The notes under the pieces were generated by a model. It had not been told where the DNA came from, ran no database searches, and saw nothing but the letters and a program-made list of their open reading frames with translations. A stretch of 64,000 nt of DNA. It comes from Staphylococcus phage vB_Sau_P68. Made by a program: the position numbers and the translations under genes. Of this stretch, positions 47,912 to 57,201 are shown in pieces. The first letter of the stretch is position 1. The number at the start of each line of letters is the position of its first letter. The DNA lies in the sequence record OL741057.1. The stretch is one strand, 5' to 3'.

Positions 47912-48482
47912 TTTATCACATTACTTGAGTATATTATATGCTATATTAGTTACAGTAGGTTATATACCAGGTCTAATAGCTTTAGTTAAATCGGATAGTG
48001 TTAAAGGAGTTAGTAGTTATTTTTGGTATTTAATTGTAGCTACAGTAGGTATTAGTTTTTACAATTTACTATTAACTGATGCTTCAATGTTTCAAGTAGT
48101 ATCAGTTGGTCTTAATTTAACCCTAGGTATTGTTTGCTTATTAGTAGCTTCATATAGAAAAAAGGATTATTTCTCTATACCTTTTATTATTGTGTTCTCG
48201 TTGTTACTATTTTTATTAAGTGACTTTACAGCTTTAACACAAACTATAGCAACTATTACTATTATCCTTGCGTATGTAACTCAGATAACAACATTCTATA
48301 AAGCTAAAAGTGCAGAAGGGACAAACAGATTTCTATTCCTTATTATTGGATTAGGATTAGCTTCGTTGATAGTAAGTATGGTTTTATCACATACCTATGT
48401 TCATATTATAGCTACTGAATTTGTAAACTTTGTTCTTATACTTATATGTTATCTACAGGCTAATTATTACTCAAGGAGGTAG
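47904..48482 (+). CDS. polytopic membrane protein (possible PnuC-like transporter)
   Basis: 192 aa with 5-6 hydrophobic helices; in frame with the downstream LysM-like ORF across a TAG. Confidence 0.65.
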   Translation: MDNLSHYLSILYAILVTVGYIPGLIALVKSDSVKGVSSYFWYLIVATVGISFYNLLLTDASMFQVVSVGLNLTLGIVCLLVASYRKKDYFSIPFIIVFSLLLFLLSDFTALTQTIATITIILAYVTQITTFYKAKSAEGTNRFLFLIIGLGLASLIVSMVLSHTYVHIIATEFVNFVLILICYLQANYYSRR

Positions 48483-48488
48483 GTAATA

Positions 48489-48662
48489 TTGAATGACCTT
48501 ATTAAAAAGGGAAATAAGTATTACCATAAAGTAAGAGCAGGGGAGACATTATGGACTATAAGTAAGAACTATGATGTAGATATTAAGAAATTGCAAGAAT
48601 TAAATAATATTAAATCGGTATCATTAACTAGCTTAGAGTACGTACTTGTTTGTGTAGAATAG
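48489..48662 (+). CDS. LysM-like small ORF (57 aa, TTG start), in frame with upstream membrane protein across a TAG codon
   Basis: YHKVRAGETLWTISKNYDVDIKKLQELNNIKS fits a LysM motif. GGAGG lies 10 nt upstream of the TTG. Confidence 0.4.
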   Translation: MNDLIKKGNKYYHKVRAGETLWTISKNYDVDIKKLQELNNIKSVSLTSLEYVLVCVE

Positions 48663-48678
48663 ACCAGGAGGTTATCAA

Positions 48679-48942
48679 ATGAGCATAGAAAAGAAAGAAG
48701 AAGTTATAGCACATAATGAGGTAGTATTCAGGAGTTTAACACAAGGTCTATATGTAAAAGAAGTAGATATCTACTCAGATGTCGTAAGCTATACTAAAGA
48801 CGTTGATGAAGCTCTTGCTATGCCAAATACTATCAATTTTAAAAATTCAAGAAAGTATGAAAAACTTATTCGAAATTTAGATTTAAAACCTCTAAATAAA
48901 ATTCAAAAAGTTATATACGAAACTCATTTAGAAGAACTTTAA
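48679..48942 (+). CDS. hypothetical protein
   Basis: 87 aa; RBS AGGAGG. Confidence 0.65.
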   Translation: MSIEKKEEVIAHNEVVFRSLTQGLYVKEVDIYSDVVSYTKDVDEALAMPNTINFKNSRKYEKLIRNLDLKPLNKIQKVIYETHLEEL

Positions 48943-48958
48943 AAAGTTCTTCTTTTTT
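48931..48958 (+). terminator. terminator overlapping gene end
   Basis: GAAGAACTTT-AAAA-AGTTCTTC followed by TTTTTT. Confidence 0.7.
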
Positions 48959-48959
48959 G

Positions 48960-48988
48960 TTGACAAATATTAACTACTATGGTATAAT
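48960..48988 (+). promoter_or_regulatory. consensus sigma-A promoter (TTGACA-17-TATAAT)
   Basis: Perfect hexamers. Confidence 0.75.
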
Positions 48989-49018
48989 TAGTACATAATA
49001 AATAAGGAGGTTGTATAA

Positions 49019-49180
49019 ATGGTCAAACCAGTTATAACTTTAGAACCTGAAGAAGTTAGAATATTAATAGAGTATTTAAGCCATTTTGAACAGGACTTAC
49101 GTAAGTATAAAGATATGGAAAAAATATATGAGGAATTACACAAAAAGTATCAACTTGCTAAAGGAAACTATTCAGATTAA
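49019..49180 (+). CDS. small hypothetical protein (53 aa)
   Basis: RBS AAGGAGG 8 nt upstream; not in the track. Confidence 0.5.
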   Translation: MVKPVITLEPEEVRILIEYLSHFEQDLRKYKDMEKIYEELHKKYQLAKGNYSD

Positions 49181-49209
49181 TTGACAAATGTATAACAATA
49201 TGATATAAT
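49181..49209 (+). promoter_or_regulatory. consensus sigma-A promoter (TTGACA-17-TATAAT)
   Basis: Perfect hexamers. Confidence 0.75.
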
Positions 49210-49223
49210 AAAGGAAGTTAGAA

Positions 49224-49412
49224 ATGGAAAAATTCCAAGAAGATTATGTTAATATAGATGTCAGAGTGAAAGCTTATGTTCGTGTAGGTTATCGGTATGA
49301 AGAAGATATTACTAATAACCTACATGAATTAGTCGAAGATAACTTAAATGTAACAAGTGACTCTGATAAACTAATTATCAAAGATACAGAAATTAAAGGA
49401 GATATAGAATGA
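49224..49412 (+). CDS. hypothetical protein
   Basis: 62-aa ORF. Confidence 0.55.
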   Translation: MEKFQEDYVNIDVRVKAYVRVGYRYEEDITNNLHELVEDNLNVTSDSDKLIIKDTEIKGDIE

Positions 49413-49834
49413 ATAAATTAAAAGTAAAGTTACTACACAAAGATGCTGTAATACCAAATAGAGCTAATCCTAAAGATAGTGGAGCTGACTTATATGCAAT
49501 TGAGGATATGACAATCCCACCTAACAGTACTGTGTTAGTTCCTACAGGAATAGCTGTTTACTTAGAAGAAGGGTATGAAGCACAAGTAAGACCTAAGTCA
49601 GGTATCTCAGCTAAGACACCTAAAAGGGTTGTCCTAGGAACAGTTGATACTATTTACCATCAAGAAGTTAAAGTTATTGTTGATAATATATCGGATAAAC
49701 CTCAGTTTATTGAAAAGGGTAAAAAGATAGCTCAATTAGTAGTAGCACCTGTGGCTTATCCTGAAATTGAGGTTGTAGAAACGTTTGAAAATGAAAGCAC
49801 TAGAGGCGGGTTTGGTTCGACAGGTTTAGACTAA
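49409..49834 (+). CDS. dut: dUTP diphosphatase (dUTPase)
   Basis: All five trimeric dUTPase motifs are present: SGADLYA, RPKSG, GTVDTIYHQE, KIAQLVV, TRGGFGSTG. Confidence 0.8.
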   Translation: MNKLKVKLLHKDAVIPNRANPKDSGADLYAIEDMTIPPNSTVLVPTGIAVYLEEGYEAQVRPKSGISAKTPKRVVLGTVDTIYHQEVKVIVDNISDKPQFIEKGKKIAQLVVAPVAYPEIEVVETFENESTRGGFGSTGLD

Positions 49835-49896
49835 GGAAAACTGTTATATTATGAGGTGTACTTAGACAGTACACTTCCATAATATCTTTCCTTTTT

Positions 49897-49930
49897 CACC
49901 TTGCTTGTAACCAGGCAGGGTGTTTTTTTT
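49897..49930 (+). terminator. rho-independent terminator
   Basis: CACCTTGCTTG-TAAC-CAGGCAGGGTG followed by TTTTTTTT. Confidence 0.75.
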
Positions 49931-49952
49931 ATATAATTTAGGAGGGTATTAA

Positions 49953-50369
49953 ATGAATGCAAAAGAATTTATGAAAACACAAGCTAAAGTAGAAGATTAT
50001 CTAGATAAATTAAAAATAACAATTATAGAAGATGCGTTATCAGTATCAAAAGAATGGTCTAATGACTCTAATGATTTGGATTATGCTTTATCTAGTCTTG
50101 GGGAAAGTATAGGTCTTTTAGAAGACTACTACGGTATACAAGTAGATGCACATTTACCTGAGCACTATAAAGGTAGTAAGGATGTTATTTCCTTCTTAGA
50201 GGAGCACTTTTCTTATGACGGTTTTGTTGATTCTATGATATTTAATATTGTAAAATATACTACAAGACTAGGAAGAAAAGATGCAGTAGACAAAGAAGTT
50301 CAAAAGATTAAAACATATTATGTAAGACTAGAAAGAAACATAAAGTACGGAGATAGTACTCGTGTCTAA
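49953..50369 (+). CDS. hypothetical protein
   Basis: 138 aa; RBS AGGAGGG. Confidence 0.7.
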   Translation: MNAKEFMKTQAKVEDYLDKLKITIIEDALSVSKEWSNDSNDLDYALSSLGESIGLLEDYYGIQVDAHLPEHYKGSKDVISFLEEHFSYDGFVDSMIFNIVKYTTRLGRKDAVDKEVQKIKTYYVRLERNIKYGDSTRV

Positions 50370-50688
50370 AAGAACAGACAATTTTATATATTTCTGTAAA
50401 TACTACTTTTCAAAGTATTTACCGTCATTAGGTATAGAAGTTCTTAATCATAATGAAACTTACCATGGAACAATGGAAGGTGTTAAAAAATATTATATAG
50501 CAAACATCCTTTATGAAGGTCAAGAACTTACAGTAACTATTGATTTAGATGAATTAAATAATGCAACTTCTATGCATAATATGCTAGAAATAGTGAATAA
50601 CCATACATATAATTGTATGTTTATGTATGATATGGATACACACGGAAGTAAAGATATTGACGATTTTTTTAAGTTAATGTATTTTTAA
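50362..50688 (+). CDS. hypothetical protein
   Basis: 108-aa ORF. Confidence 0.65.
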   Translation: MSKRTDNFIYFCKYYFSKYLPSLGIEVLNHNETYHGTMEGVKKYYIANILYEGQELTVTIDLDELNNATSMHNMLEIVNNHTYNCMFMYDMDTHGSKDIDDFFKLMYF

Positions 50689-50779
50689 AAAAAAGTGTTG
50701 ACAATTACCTTACCCTATGTTAAGTTATAGGAGTAAGGTATTTTTTTATTAGCAACTAAAAAAAAGTTTTAGAAAGTTG

Positions 50780-50808
50780 TTGACAAATGCAAATACTTGT
50801 AATATAAT
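50780..50808 (+). promoter_or_regulatory. consensus sigma-A promoter (TTGACA-17-TATAAT)
   Basis: Perfect hexamers; a second weaker promoter lies at 50698-50726. Confidence 0.75.
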
Positions 50809-50832
50809 AAATATATAACAAATCAAAGGAGA

Positions 50833-51972
50833 ATGATAAATATGGCAAAGCAAGATACTATTGAAAGATTAGAGAGATTGGTAGAACAACAAATGGAGAC
50901 AACGAAAGACTTAGCAGATAAACTAGGAGAGAAGAACTCTAACCCTTACGAACAAGCAATCGTAGATGCAATTGTTGAGAAAGCAGGAACTGAGAGTAGA
51001 GAGTTCATTATTACTGATGTTAAAAAACAAATTGAAGAATATGTAGAGGAACAGCTTAATAACTTACCAGTTAAGATTGAATTACAACAAGAAGGAAAAA
51101 CAATTAAGGATATCTCAGGAATATTCCATTACAGATACCAAGATATATTAAAACTAGTTAATCAGAACATTCCAGTGTTTTTAAAAGGTGGAGCAGGTTC
51201 AGGTAAGAACCACGTATTAGAGCAAGTAGCAGAAGCATTAGACTTAGACTTTTATTTCAGTAACGCAATAACTCAAGAGTTTAAATTAACAGGTTTTATT
51301 GATGCAAATGGTAAATTCCATGAAACACAATTTTACAAAGCATTTACAAATGGTGGGTTATTCTTCTTAGATGAGATGGATGCATCTATCCCTGAGGTAT
51401 TATTAATTCTTAACTCAGCTATTGCAAATAAATACTTTGACTTCCCAACTGGTCGTGTGACAGCACATGAAGACTTTAGAGTAGTATCAGCAGGTAACAC
51501 TATGGGAACTGGAGCAGACCACATTTACGTTGGTAGACAGCAACTAGATGGGGCTACATTAGACCGATTTGCTCAAGTTGAATTTGATTATGATAATAAA
51601 GTAGAACACCAACTATCAAGTAATGAAGACTTAGTAAACTTTGTACAAAAATTAAGATATGAAAATGATGAAAAAGGATTACCTTATGTCTTTTCAATGC
51701 GTGCAATTATTAATGGAAGTAAATTAGATGGGGTAATGGATGACGAGTTTGTTGTAGAAAGTATCATCTTCAAATCTGTACCAAAAGATGAGATTAATCA
51801 ATTTATTAATTCTTTACCTGAAGATAATAGATACACAGAAGCAACAAAAAATCTTTTAGGTATTAAACAAGAACCTAAACAAGAGCCTAAACAAGAACCA
51901 AGAAAAACTCAAAGTTCATCTAGTGATTCAATGGACTTTAACACTATTATGGATAAACTAGGATTAGAATAG
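50833..51972 (+). CDS. AAA+ ATPase (MoxR/CobS-like, AAA_5 type)
   Basis: 379 aa. Walker A GGAGSGKN, Walker B LFFLDEMDAS, sensor RVVSAGNTMGTGAD..ATLDRF. Confidence 0.8.
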   Translation: MINMAKQDTIERLERLVEQQMETTKDLADKLGEKNSNPYEQAIVDAIVEKAGTESREFIITDVKKQIEEYVEEQLNNLPVKIELQQEGKTIKDISGIFHYRYQDILKLVNQNIPVFLKGGAGSGKNHVLEQVAEALDLDFYFSNAITQEFKLTGFIDANGKFHETQFYKAFTNGGLFFLDEMDASIPEVLLILNSAIANKYFDFPTGRVTAHEDFRVVSAGNTMGTGADHIYVGRQQLDGATLDRFAQVEFDYDNKVEHQLSSNEDLVNFVQKLRYENDEKGLPYVFSMRAIINGSKLDGVMDDEFVVESIIFKSVPKDEINQFINSLPEDNRYTEATKNLLGIKQEPKQEPKQEPRKTQSSSSDSMDFNTIMDKLGLE

Positions 51973-51983
51973 GAGGAAAAACA

Positions 51984-52829
51984 ATGGGTAGACGATTAAT
52001 AGATAACTCAAAATTAAATGTAATTAAATATGATGGTCTACCTGATTTCTTTTCTACTTTAAAAAAGAATAGAGTTTCAGGTAGAGACAACGCATCAGAT
52101 ACAGGTAGCTACGACTTCACAGGCACTCACAGCTTTAATGAAGCATATAACTTAATGGTTAAAGGGGATAGAGAGTCTTATGACATGGTTGTTAAACTTA
52201 AAAAGATGACAGATGCATTATTCAGAATGGATAAATCTGTAAAAAGAAAACCGGTTATAGCTCCTGAAGGTTATCAACCTCACGTACCTAATGCTATAAA
52301 AGGTTTACCTAACTCTATGATGTCTCAACAAAGAGTTAAGGCAGAGAAGAAAGTCATTGATGTGTTCTATAATTCTAGTATAAGTTGGATGGAAGACCCT
52401 GAGAACCTTGCTTATAGAGGAGCTATAATGTTAAGTGCTATCCAAACATTAGAAACAAAAGGGTATAGTATAAATCTATACTTAGGTAAACTGTCAAACT
52501 CAAGTCGTACTGGTAAACTTACTGGGTTTGTTGTTAACATAAAACATTCTTATCAAAGATTAAATGTTTTTAAATCATCGTTTTATTTAGTAAACCCGTC
52601 ATTTTTACGTAGAGTTTCGTTTAGAGTATTAGAAGTTGAATCTGATATGACTGATTTAACACACGATGGTTATGGTAGTGTAACCGGTAAAGCTAGTTAT
52701 GAAAATGAACTTAAAGAGAACTTACTTGATAATGCTGTAATTTTTGATTCTAGCACCGGAATTAATATAAATAACGATTCATCAGAAAACTTAAAAGCTG
52801 TAAAAAAATTATTTGGAGGTAGGTTATAA
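51984..52829 (+). CDS. hypothetical protein, likely partner of the AAA+ ATPase
   Basis: 281-aa ORF 12 nt downstream with RBS AGGAGG. Confidence 0.7.
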   Translation: MGRRLIDNSKLNVIKYDGLPDFFSTLKKNRVSGRDNASDTGSYDFTGTHSFNEAYNLMVKGDRESYDMVVKLKKMTDALFRMDKSVKRKPVIAPEGYQPHVPNAIKGLPNSMMSQQRVKAEKKVIDVFYNSSISWMEDPENLAYRGAIMLSAIQTLETKGYSINLYLGKLSNSSRTGKLTGFVVNIKHSYQRLNVFKSSFYLVNPSFLRRVSFRVLEVESDMTDLTHDGYGSVTGKASYENELKENLLDNAVIFDSSTGININNDSSENLKAVKKLFGGRL

Positions 52830-53110
52830 TGGCTAATAATATTTGGGCTGTAGTATTGAGCATTATTATTTTACTCATAGTTTTACTAATACTTTGGTTT
52901 CTTTTTAGAAAAAAAATTGGAGGTTCTAGTAATCAAGGTAACGTTAAAGAAGTGAGAGAATCTAAAGAAGGTTCTGATAAAGAGGAACAGAAAGTAGAAG
53001 AAGCACAATATAGAGAACTTAACGAAGAAGAAAAAGAAGATAATGCATCCAAGAAGGATTATAAGTATGATAAAGATAAAGTAAGGAATAAACTTAAGGA
53101 GTTAGAATAG
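52829..53110 (+). CDS. membrane-anchored charged protein
   Basis: 93 aa; N-terminal transmembrane helix, then K/E-rich. Confidence 0.6.
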   Translation: MANNIWAVVLSIIILLIVLLILWFLFRKKIGGSSNQGNVKEVRESKEGSDKEEQKVEEAQYRELNEEEKEDNASKKDYKYDKDKVRNKLKELE

Positions 53111-53112
53111 TT

Positions 53113-53277
53113 ATGAGAAAGTTAAATAAAATTTCAATAACGTTAATAGCAACTGTCTTGACTTTTCCAATAGTATGTGTTATACTTAAAAAAGAAAAAA
53201 ATACTAAAAGAAATGGTGTAGTGCCTTTAGATTTTTCATTAGAAGACCACATTCACCTAAACAAGGAGATTAAATAA
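53113..53277 (+). CDS. small membrane protein (54 aa)
   Basis: Not in the track; one hydrophobic helix. Confidence 0.4.
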   Translation: MRKLNKISITLIATVLTFPIVCVILKKEKNTKRNGVVPLDFSLEDHIHLNKEIK

Positions 53278-53279
53278 AT

Positions 53280-53813
53280 ATGACATATGATAATATTATT
53301 TCTAGAACAATGGCGGTATCAATTTTAAATAAATGGATTGCGGAATTAATTACCGATGTTGATTTAGATAAATGTAAGTTTACAGAAGAAGAATACGCAG
53401 AAGTAGTTACAAATTCAATAGATAAAATTCAAGATGTATTGATTGAAAAGAATTACGAAGTTACAGATGGTGAATTATATGATATCGTTTGTAAAGAGCT
53501 AATTAACCCTATTAAAGATAATCCTATAGAAGAAGAATTTCATACAAAAAATGAATTATTAGAACATTTAGAAGACTTAGCATTTAAACATGAAATTGAT
53601 TTAGGATATGCTAGTGACGGTTCATATAACTTAACTGTAACCCATTGGTTAATGCAAGATGAATATACAGATGTAAATATTAAAGTTAATAAAGACGAAG
53701 ATTTCTATACAGTTACAATCCCTGGAAGTAAATACTTTTGGTTACCTATTACAAAAGAGAATTTAGAAATGTTCTTAACACAAGACCCTATTAATAAAGG
53801 AGAGATTGAGTAA
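53280..53813 (+). CDS. hypothetical acidic protein
   Basis: 177-aa ORF. Confidence 0.7.
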   Translation: MTYDNIISRTMAVSILNKWIAELITDVDLDKCKFTEEEYAEVVTNSIDKIQDVLIEKNYEVTDGELYDIVCKELINPIKDNPIEEEFHTKNELLEHLEDLAFKHEIDLGYASDGSYNLTVTHWLMQDEYTDVNIKVNKDEDFYTVTIPGSKYFWLPITKENLEMFLTQDPINKGEIE

Positions 53814-54349
53814 TGGATAGAATTATAGGTCAACATAACTTAACTCAAGATTTGAGAATAGGTGATAAAGTAGAAGTATATGATGCTCGTAAATTTAAAG
53901 AAAATGAAGATGGGACTATTGAATTAGGTGACAAAGTAACTGAAGGTGTTGTTGTAAACCGTATACAAGATTATGCAACAAGCGGTTTAGTAACTCTTGA
54001 TTCTTCTGAGGAAGAATTAATCATTGGAGAGTATAACTTTAAACTTATTGAAGAAGGTAATTTACAGGCTGTTTATGACTCTTTATCTAGAGATAATGTA
54101 GAAAAACTTGGTAAGGATATCAAGATATATAAAAAACTACTTACGATTAAGAGAGACGAATTGAGAGATTTAAAAGAAAAAATAGAAGACCTAGTATACG
54201 AATATAATCGTAAAACAGAAAATTACAATGGTTTAATAACTTTATATGAAGAAAAATCTAGGGAATTATCATTACTTACTGGAGATAAGGTGTCTATACA
54301 GCACTCAAAAAACTTAAGATTAGATTTAGATAAAGAAGCAGACTCTTAA
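53813..54349 (+). CDS. hypothetical protein
   Basis: 178-aa ORF. Confidence 0.7.
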   Translation: MDRIIGQHNLTQDLRIGDKVEVYDARKFKENEDGTIELGDKVTEGVVVNRIQDYATSGLVTLDSSEEELIIGEYNFKLIEEGNLQAVYDSLSRDNVEKLGKDIKIYKKLLTIKRDELRDLKEKIEDLVYEYNRKTENYNGLITLYEEKSRELSLLTGDKVSIQHSKNLRLDLDKEADS

Positions 54350-54398
54350 TAGGTCTGCTTTTCTCTTATATTAGTATTAGATATAAGGAGGTTGGTAT

Positions 54399-54881
54399 AT
54401 GGCAAACGAGAAGGAACTTATAAGAATGGTTAATTATCTTGTTGATAATATGTCTATGTGGCATATAAACTACGCTAGAGCTGTTTTAATACCAAGTGAA
54501 GTAGAAAAGATAATTAAAGAGCATGAGAAGTTTGATGACCTCCTTAAGAAGAGAGGAGAGTGGTTAGTGAAAGGTTCAGATACAGATAACATTGATGATT
54601 TAGAGACTTATAATCAAATAATGAATAATCAAAAGGATGAAATGATGATACAAGAAATTGATATCTATACCCAAGGCAAAACAATAAAGGCAGATAATGA
54701 ACACTATTCTTCAAATGAACTAGATGAAATTATTAACAAAATAGAACAATCAGAAGACATTAAAATAAAGTCCAATTACAAATTACTATGTATAGATTAT
54801 ACTAAGATAATAGGATACGAAGTAACTTATGCTAGCTCATATGAAGAGCAGTTTAAAACCGACCTAGAAAAAGACCTGTGA
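54399..54881 (+). CDS. hypothetical protein
   Basis: 160 aa; RBS AAGGAGG. Confidence 0.7.
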   Translation: MANEKELIRMVNYLVDNMSMWHINYARAVLIPSEVEKIIKEHEKFDDLLKKRGEWLVKGSDTDNIDDLETYNQIMNNQKDEMMIQEIDIYTQGKTIKADNEHYSSNELDEIINKIEQSEDIKIKSNYKLLCIDYTKIIGYEVTYASSYEEQFKTDLEKDL

Positions 54882-54921
54882 TATATTAATACTGTAAGAA
54901 TAACTAGGAGGAATAAACCTT

Positions 54922-55095
54922 ATGGAAAACGTAAATCATGAGTTTCTAGCAGAATTAGCAAAGAGTAATAGTCCTGTACTAAATTCAAAACCGCTTCAAG
55001 ATGGAGACTATAATATTGAATTTGACTACGATGGTTTTCACTATGAGTTCTCACAGAAAAATGGTTACTTCAAATGGAAGTACTATCAAAAGTAA
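54922..55095 (+). CDS. small protein homologous to the central segment of the 42104 secreted protein
   Basis: 57 aa; NSKPLQDGDYNIEFDYDGFHYEF aligns with NTKPIQEGNYDFSFSDEEFTYHF of the 42104 ORF; RBS AGGAGG. Confidence 0.5.
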   Translation: MENVNHEFLAELAKSNSPVLNSKPLQDGDYNIEFDYDGFHYEFSQKNGYFKWKYYQK

Positions 55096-55104
55096 TTAAT
55101 TTTT

Positions 55105-55134
55105 AAGGCTACTTTAATTAGTAGCCTTTTTTTG
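55105..55134 (+). terminator. rho-independent terminator
   Basis: AAGGCTACT-TTAATT-AGTAGCCTT followed by TTTTT. Confidence 0.75.
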
Positions 55135-55163
55135 TTGACAAAACATAAAAAATAGTGTATAGT
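55135..55163 (+). promoter_or_regulatory. sigma-A promoter (TTGACA-17-TATAGT)
   Basis: Consensus -35, 17-nt spacer. Confidence 0.7.
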
Positions 55164-55194
55164 AGAATTATAAATAAAAGGAGGTAGAAATATT

Positions 55195-55581
55195 ATGTTT
55201 GAAAAAGCACCGGAACATGTTATGAAAACTATAGCCAAAGAGGATAATATATTAGGAGAGGATTTAACTTTAAATATAGATTATAAAGGTATAGAATTAA
55301 CGGTTAAGCGTCACCCTGACATGGGGCATTTGAACGGGTATATTAATGTTCCTACTGATATAACTGAGGAGAAGTTTAATGCTATAGAAAGCTTTTCTCA
55401 TGGAGGTATTACGTATGATGAACATGAAGGTGATTACAGGGTACTAGGGTTTGATTGTGCACATTACAGTGATATGGCACCCTATTCCATTATTTATTCT
55501 TCTGACATCCACTATAGAGATTTGAAATATGTACTTAATACTTTAAAAGATATGGCAGACTGTTTAAAAGGGGGTGAGTAG
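55195..55581 (+). CDS. hypothetical protein
   Basis: 128 aa; RBS AAAGGAGG. Confidence 0.7.
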   Translation: MFEKAPEHVMKTIAKEDNILGEDLTLNIDYKGIELTVKRHPDMGHLNGYINVPTDITEEKFNAIESFSHGGITYDEHEGDYRVLGFDCAHYSDMAPYSIIYSSDIHYRDLKYVLNTLKDMADCLKGGE

Positions 55582-55822
55582 TATGGTCTTCTATCAATTT
55601 TTAAATCACGAAAATGTACGAGTTAATTCTATAACACCAGGTCAAAAGAATTTTATTAGAGAAAATTTAGAATTAACTAACCTAGAGGATACCGATATTG
55701 ATTTTATTAGTTCTGAACAAGCAAAAGAAGAAATAGAGGAAATTATAAGAATTAAAAATGAAGAAGAATATGATATGGCTATGGATGCTTTAGCAGGATG
55801 GGTAACTAAACACGGTTATTAA
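55574..55822 (+). CDS. hypothetical protein
   Basis: 82-aa ORF. Confidence 0.6.
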   Translation: MSSMVFYQFLNHENVRVNSITPGQKNFIRENLELTNLEDTDIDFISSEQAKEEIEEIIRIKNEEEYDMAMDALAGWVTKHGY

Positions 55823-55941
55823 GGAGGATTGTTATGAAATATATTTTAGGGTTAATAACTTTAGGAGTTATATTATTTAAAGTTTATGAGTACTTTAAGT
55901 ATAAGCAAGATGAAGTTGATACAACAGAAGATATTTAATGT

Positions 55942-55970
55942 TTGACATTAATAAACATATGTGTTAATAT
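55942..55970 (+). promoter_or_regulatory. sigma-A promoter (TTGACA-17-TAATAT)
   Basis: Consensus -35. Confidence 0.65.
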
Positions 55971-56000
55971 TATAATAACAAGTAAAAGGAGGATGTTATA

Positions 56001-56738
56001 ATGAATTTAGAAAAAAGTTTTTTATTATCTACAATAGAATTTGGGAGTACCTATCAAGGAACATCAGATGAATACTCAGATAAGGATTATATGAGTTTAG
56101 TAGTTCAACCTTTATCAGATACTATTTTTAGAAATAATGAAAAAGCAAGTAAACATACAGAAGTGTCAAGATACTATGCGGTAGAAAGATTTATTTCTTT
56201 GGTACTAAAGAGTAGTTTCGACAGTGTTCTTAATTTATGTGCTCAATTAGAACAAGCTAAGAATACAAGATTCAATAAAACTGTTCTAGATTTATTCTAT
56301 GATGATTTTATATTTTTAACTTATGTTAGGGCTAATTTCAAGCCTATAACATATTCTGTTATTGGTAATATCAATAATATATTAAAAAAAGAAGAATTAA
56401 ATGGTAAAGACCTTGTTAAGTTTTACACATTCTATAATCATTTAGAATATTATAATGATTTATTAGATGATTTAGATAACTTAAATGTTAGCTATAAAGA
56501 CTTTGCAAAAGTTAAGTATATGCCAAAAGAAGTATTAGATAATAAGAGAAGTAATATAAGTATAGAAAATAAAAAAGATTTAGTTAATAAGTCTGAGCCA
56601 TTAATTAAAGAAGTAAAAGATAAAATTAAATCTAATGAATCGAATATAAAACATTATAAAGATGCTATGGAACTAGTAGAAAAATCTTTAAAAGACAAAA
56701 CTGTAGCATTTCTTACGGAGGTCTACAATGAGAGATAG
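56001..56738 (+). CDS. hypothetical protein
   Basis: 245 aa; RBS AAAGGAGG. Confidence 0.7.
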   Translation: MNLEKSFLLSTIEFGSTYQGTSDEYSDKDYMSLVVQPLSDTIFRNNEKASKHTEVSRYYAVERFISLVLKSSFDSVLNLCAQLEQAKNTRFNKTVLDLFYDDFIFLTYVRANFKPITYSVIGNINNILKKEELNGKDLVKFYTFYNHLEYYNDLLDDLDNLNVSYKDFAKVKYMPKEVLDNKRSNISIENKKDLVNKSEPLIKEVKDKIKSNESNIKHYKDAMELVEKSLKDKTVAFLTEVYNER

Positions 56739-56922
56739 GAGAATACACTCTGAATTATTATATGATATTATAGGTAAGCATATACAAGAAGAAGAAAAGA
56801 TTACACCTTATATAGAGGCTATATACGTAGATAAGATGAATGTTATCGTAGTAGAGTATACCTTTTATAATGAAGACGGTGTAAGAATGTTAGGACAATA
56901 TCCGATAGGAGAGGTTATGTAA
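56728..56922 (+). CDS. hypothetical protein
   Basis: 64-aa ORF. Confidence 0.55.
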   Translation: MRDRRIHSELLYDIIGKHIQEEEKITPYIEAIYVDKMNVIVVEYTFYNEDGVRMLGQYPIGEVM

Positions 56923-57141
56923 ATGAAAAAAATTATTAATTTTTTAGTAGATTATAATATTAGTTTTAGTTATAAAGACGGTAGTTTAAATGTATTAGGT
57001 AATGCTTATTTAGTAGATAGATACGGTACACAAGATTATGAAATTGTAGGTAACTATGAACATATTACCGGGGTATTCTCTTACCAAACAGAAGAAGAGG
57101 TCATAGATAAACTTAAAAATCTTATAGGTGTTCAGGAGTAA
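56923..57141 (+). CDS. hypothetical protein
   Basis: 72-aa ORF. Confidence 0.6.
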   Translation: MKKIINFLVDYNISFSYKDGSLNVLGNAYLVDRYGTQDYEIVGNYEHITGVFSYQTEEEVIDKLKNLIGVQE

Positions 57142-57166
57142 TAATAGATTAAATTGATAAATTAAC

Positions 57167-57195
57167 TTGACATTAAGTATTATTTATGATATACT
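57167..57195 (+). promoter_or_regulatory. sigma-A promoter (TTGACA-17-TATACT) driving an ORF-free transcript
   Basis: Consensus hexamers immediately after the 56923 gene. Confidence 0.7.
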
Positions 57196-57201
57196 ATTAG
57201 T

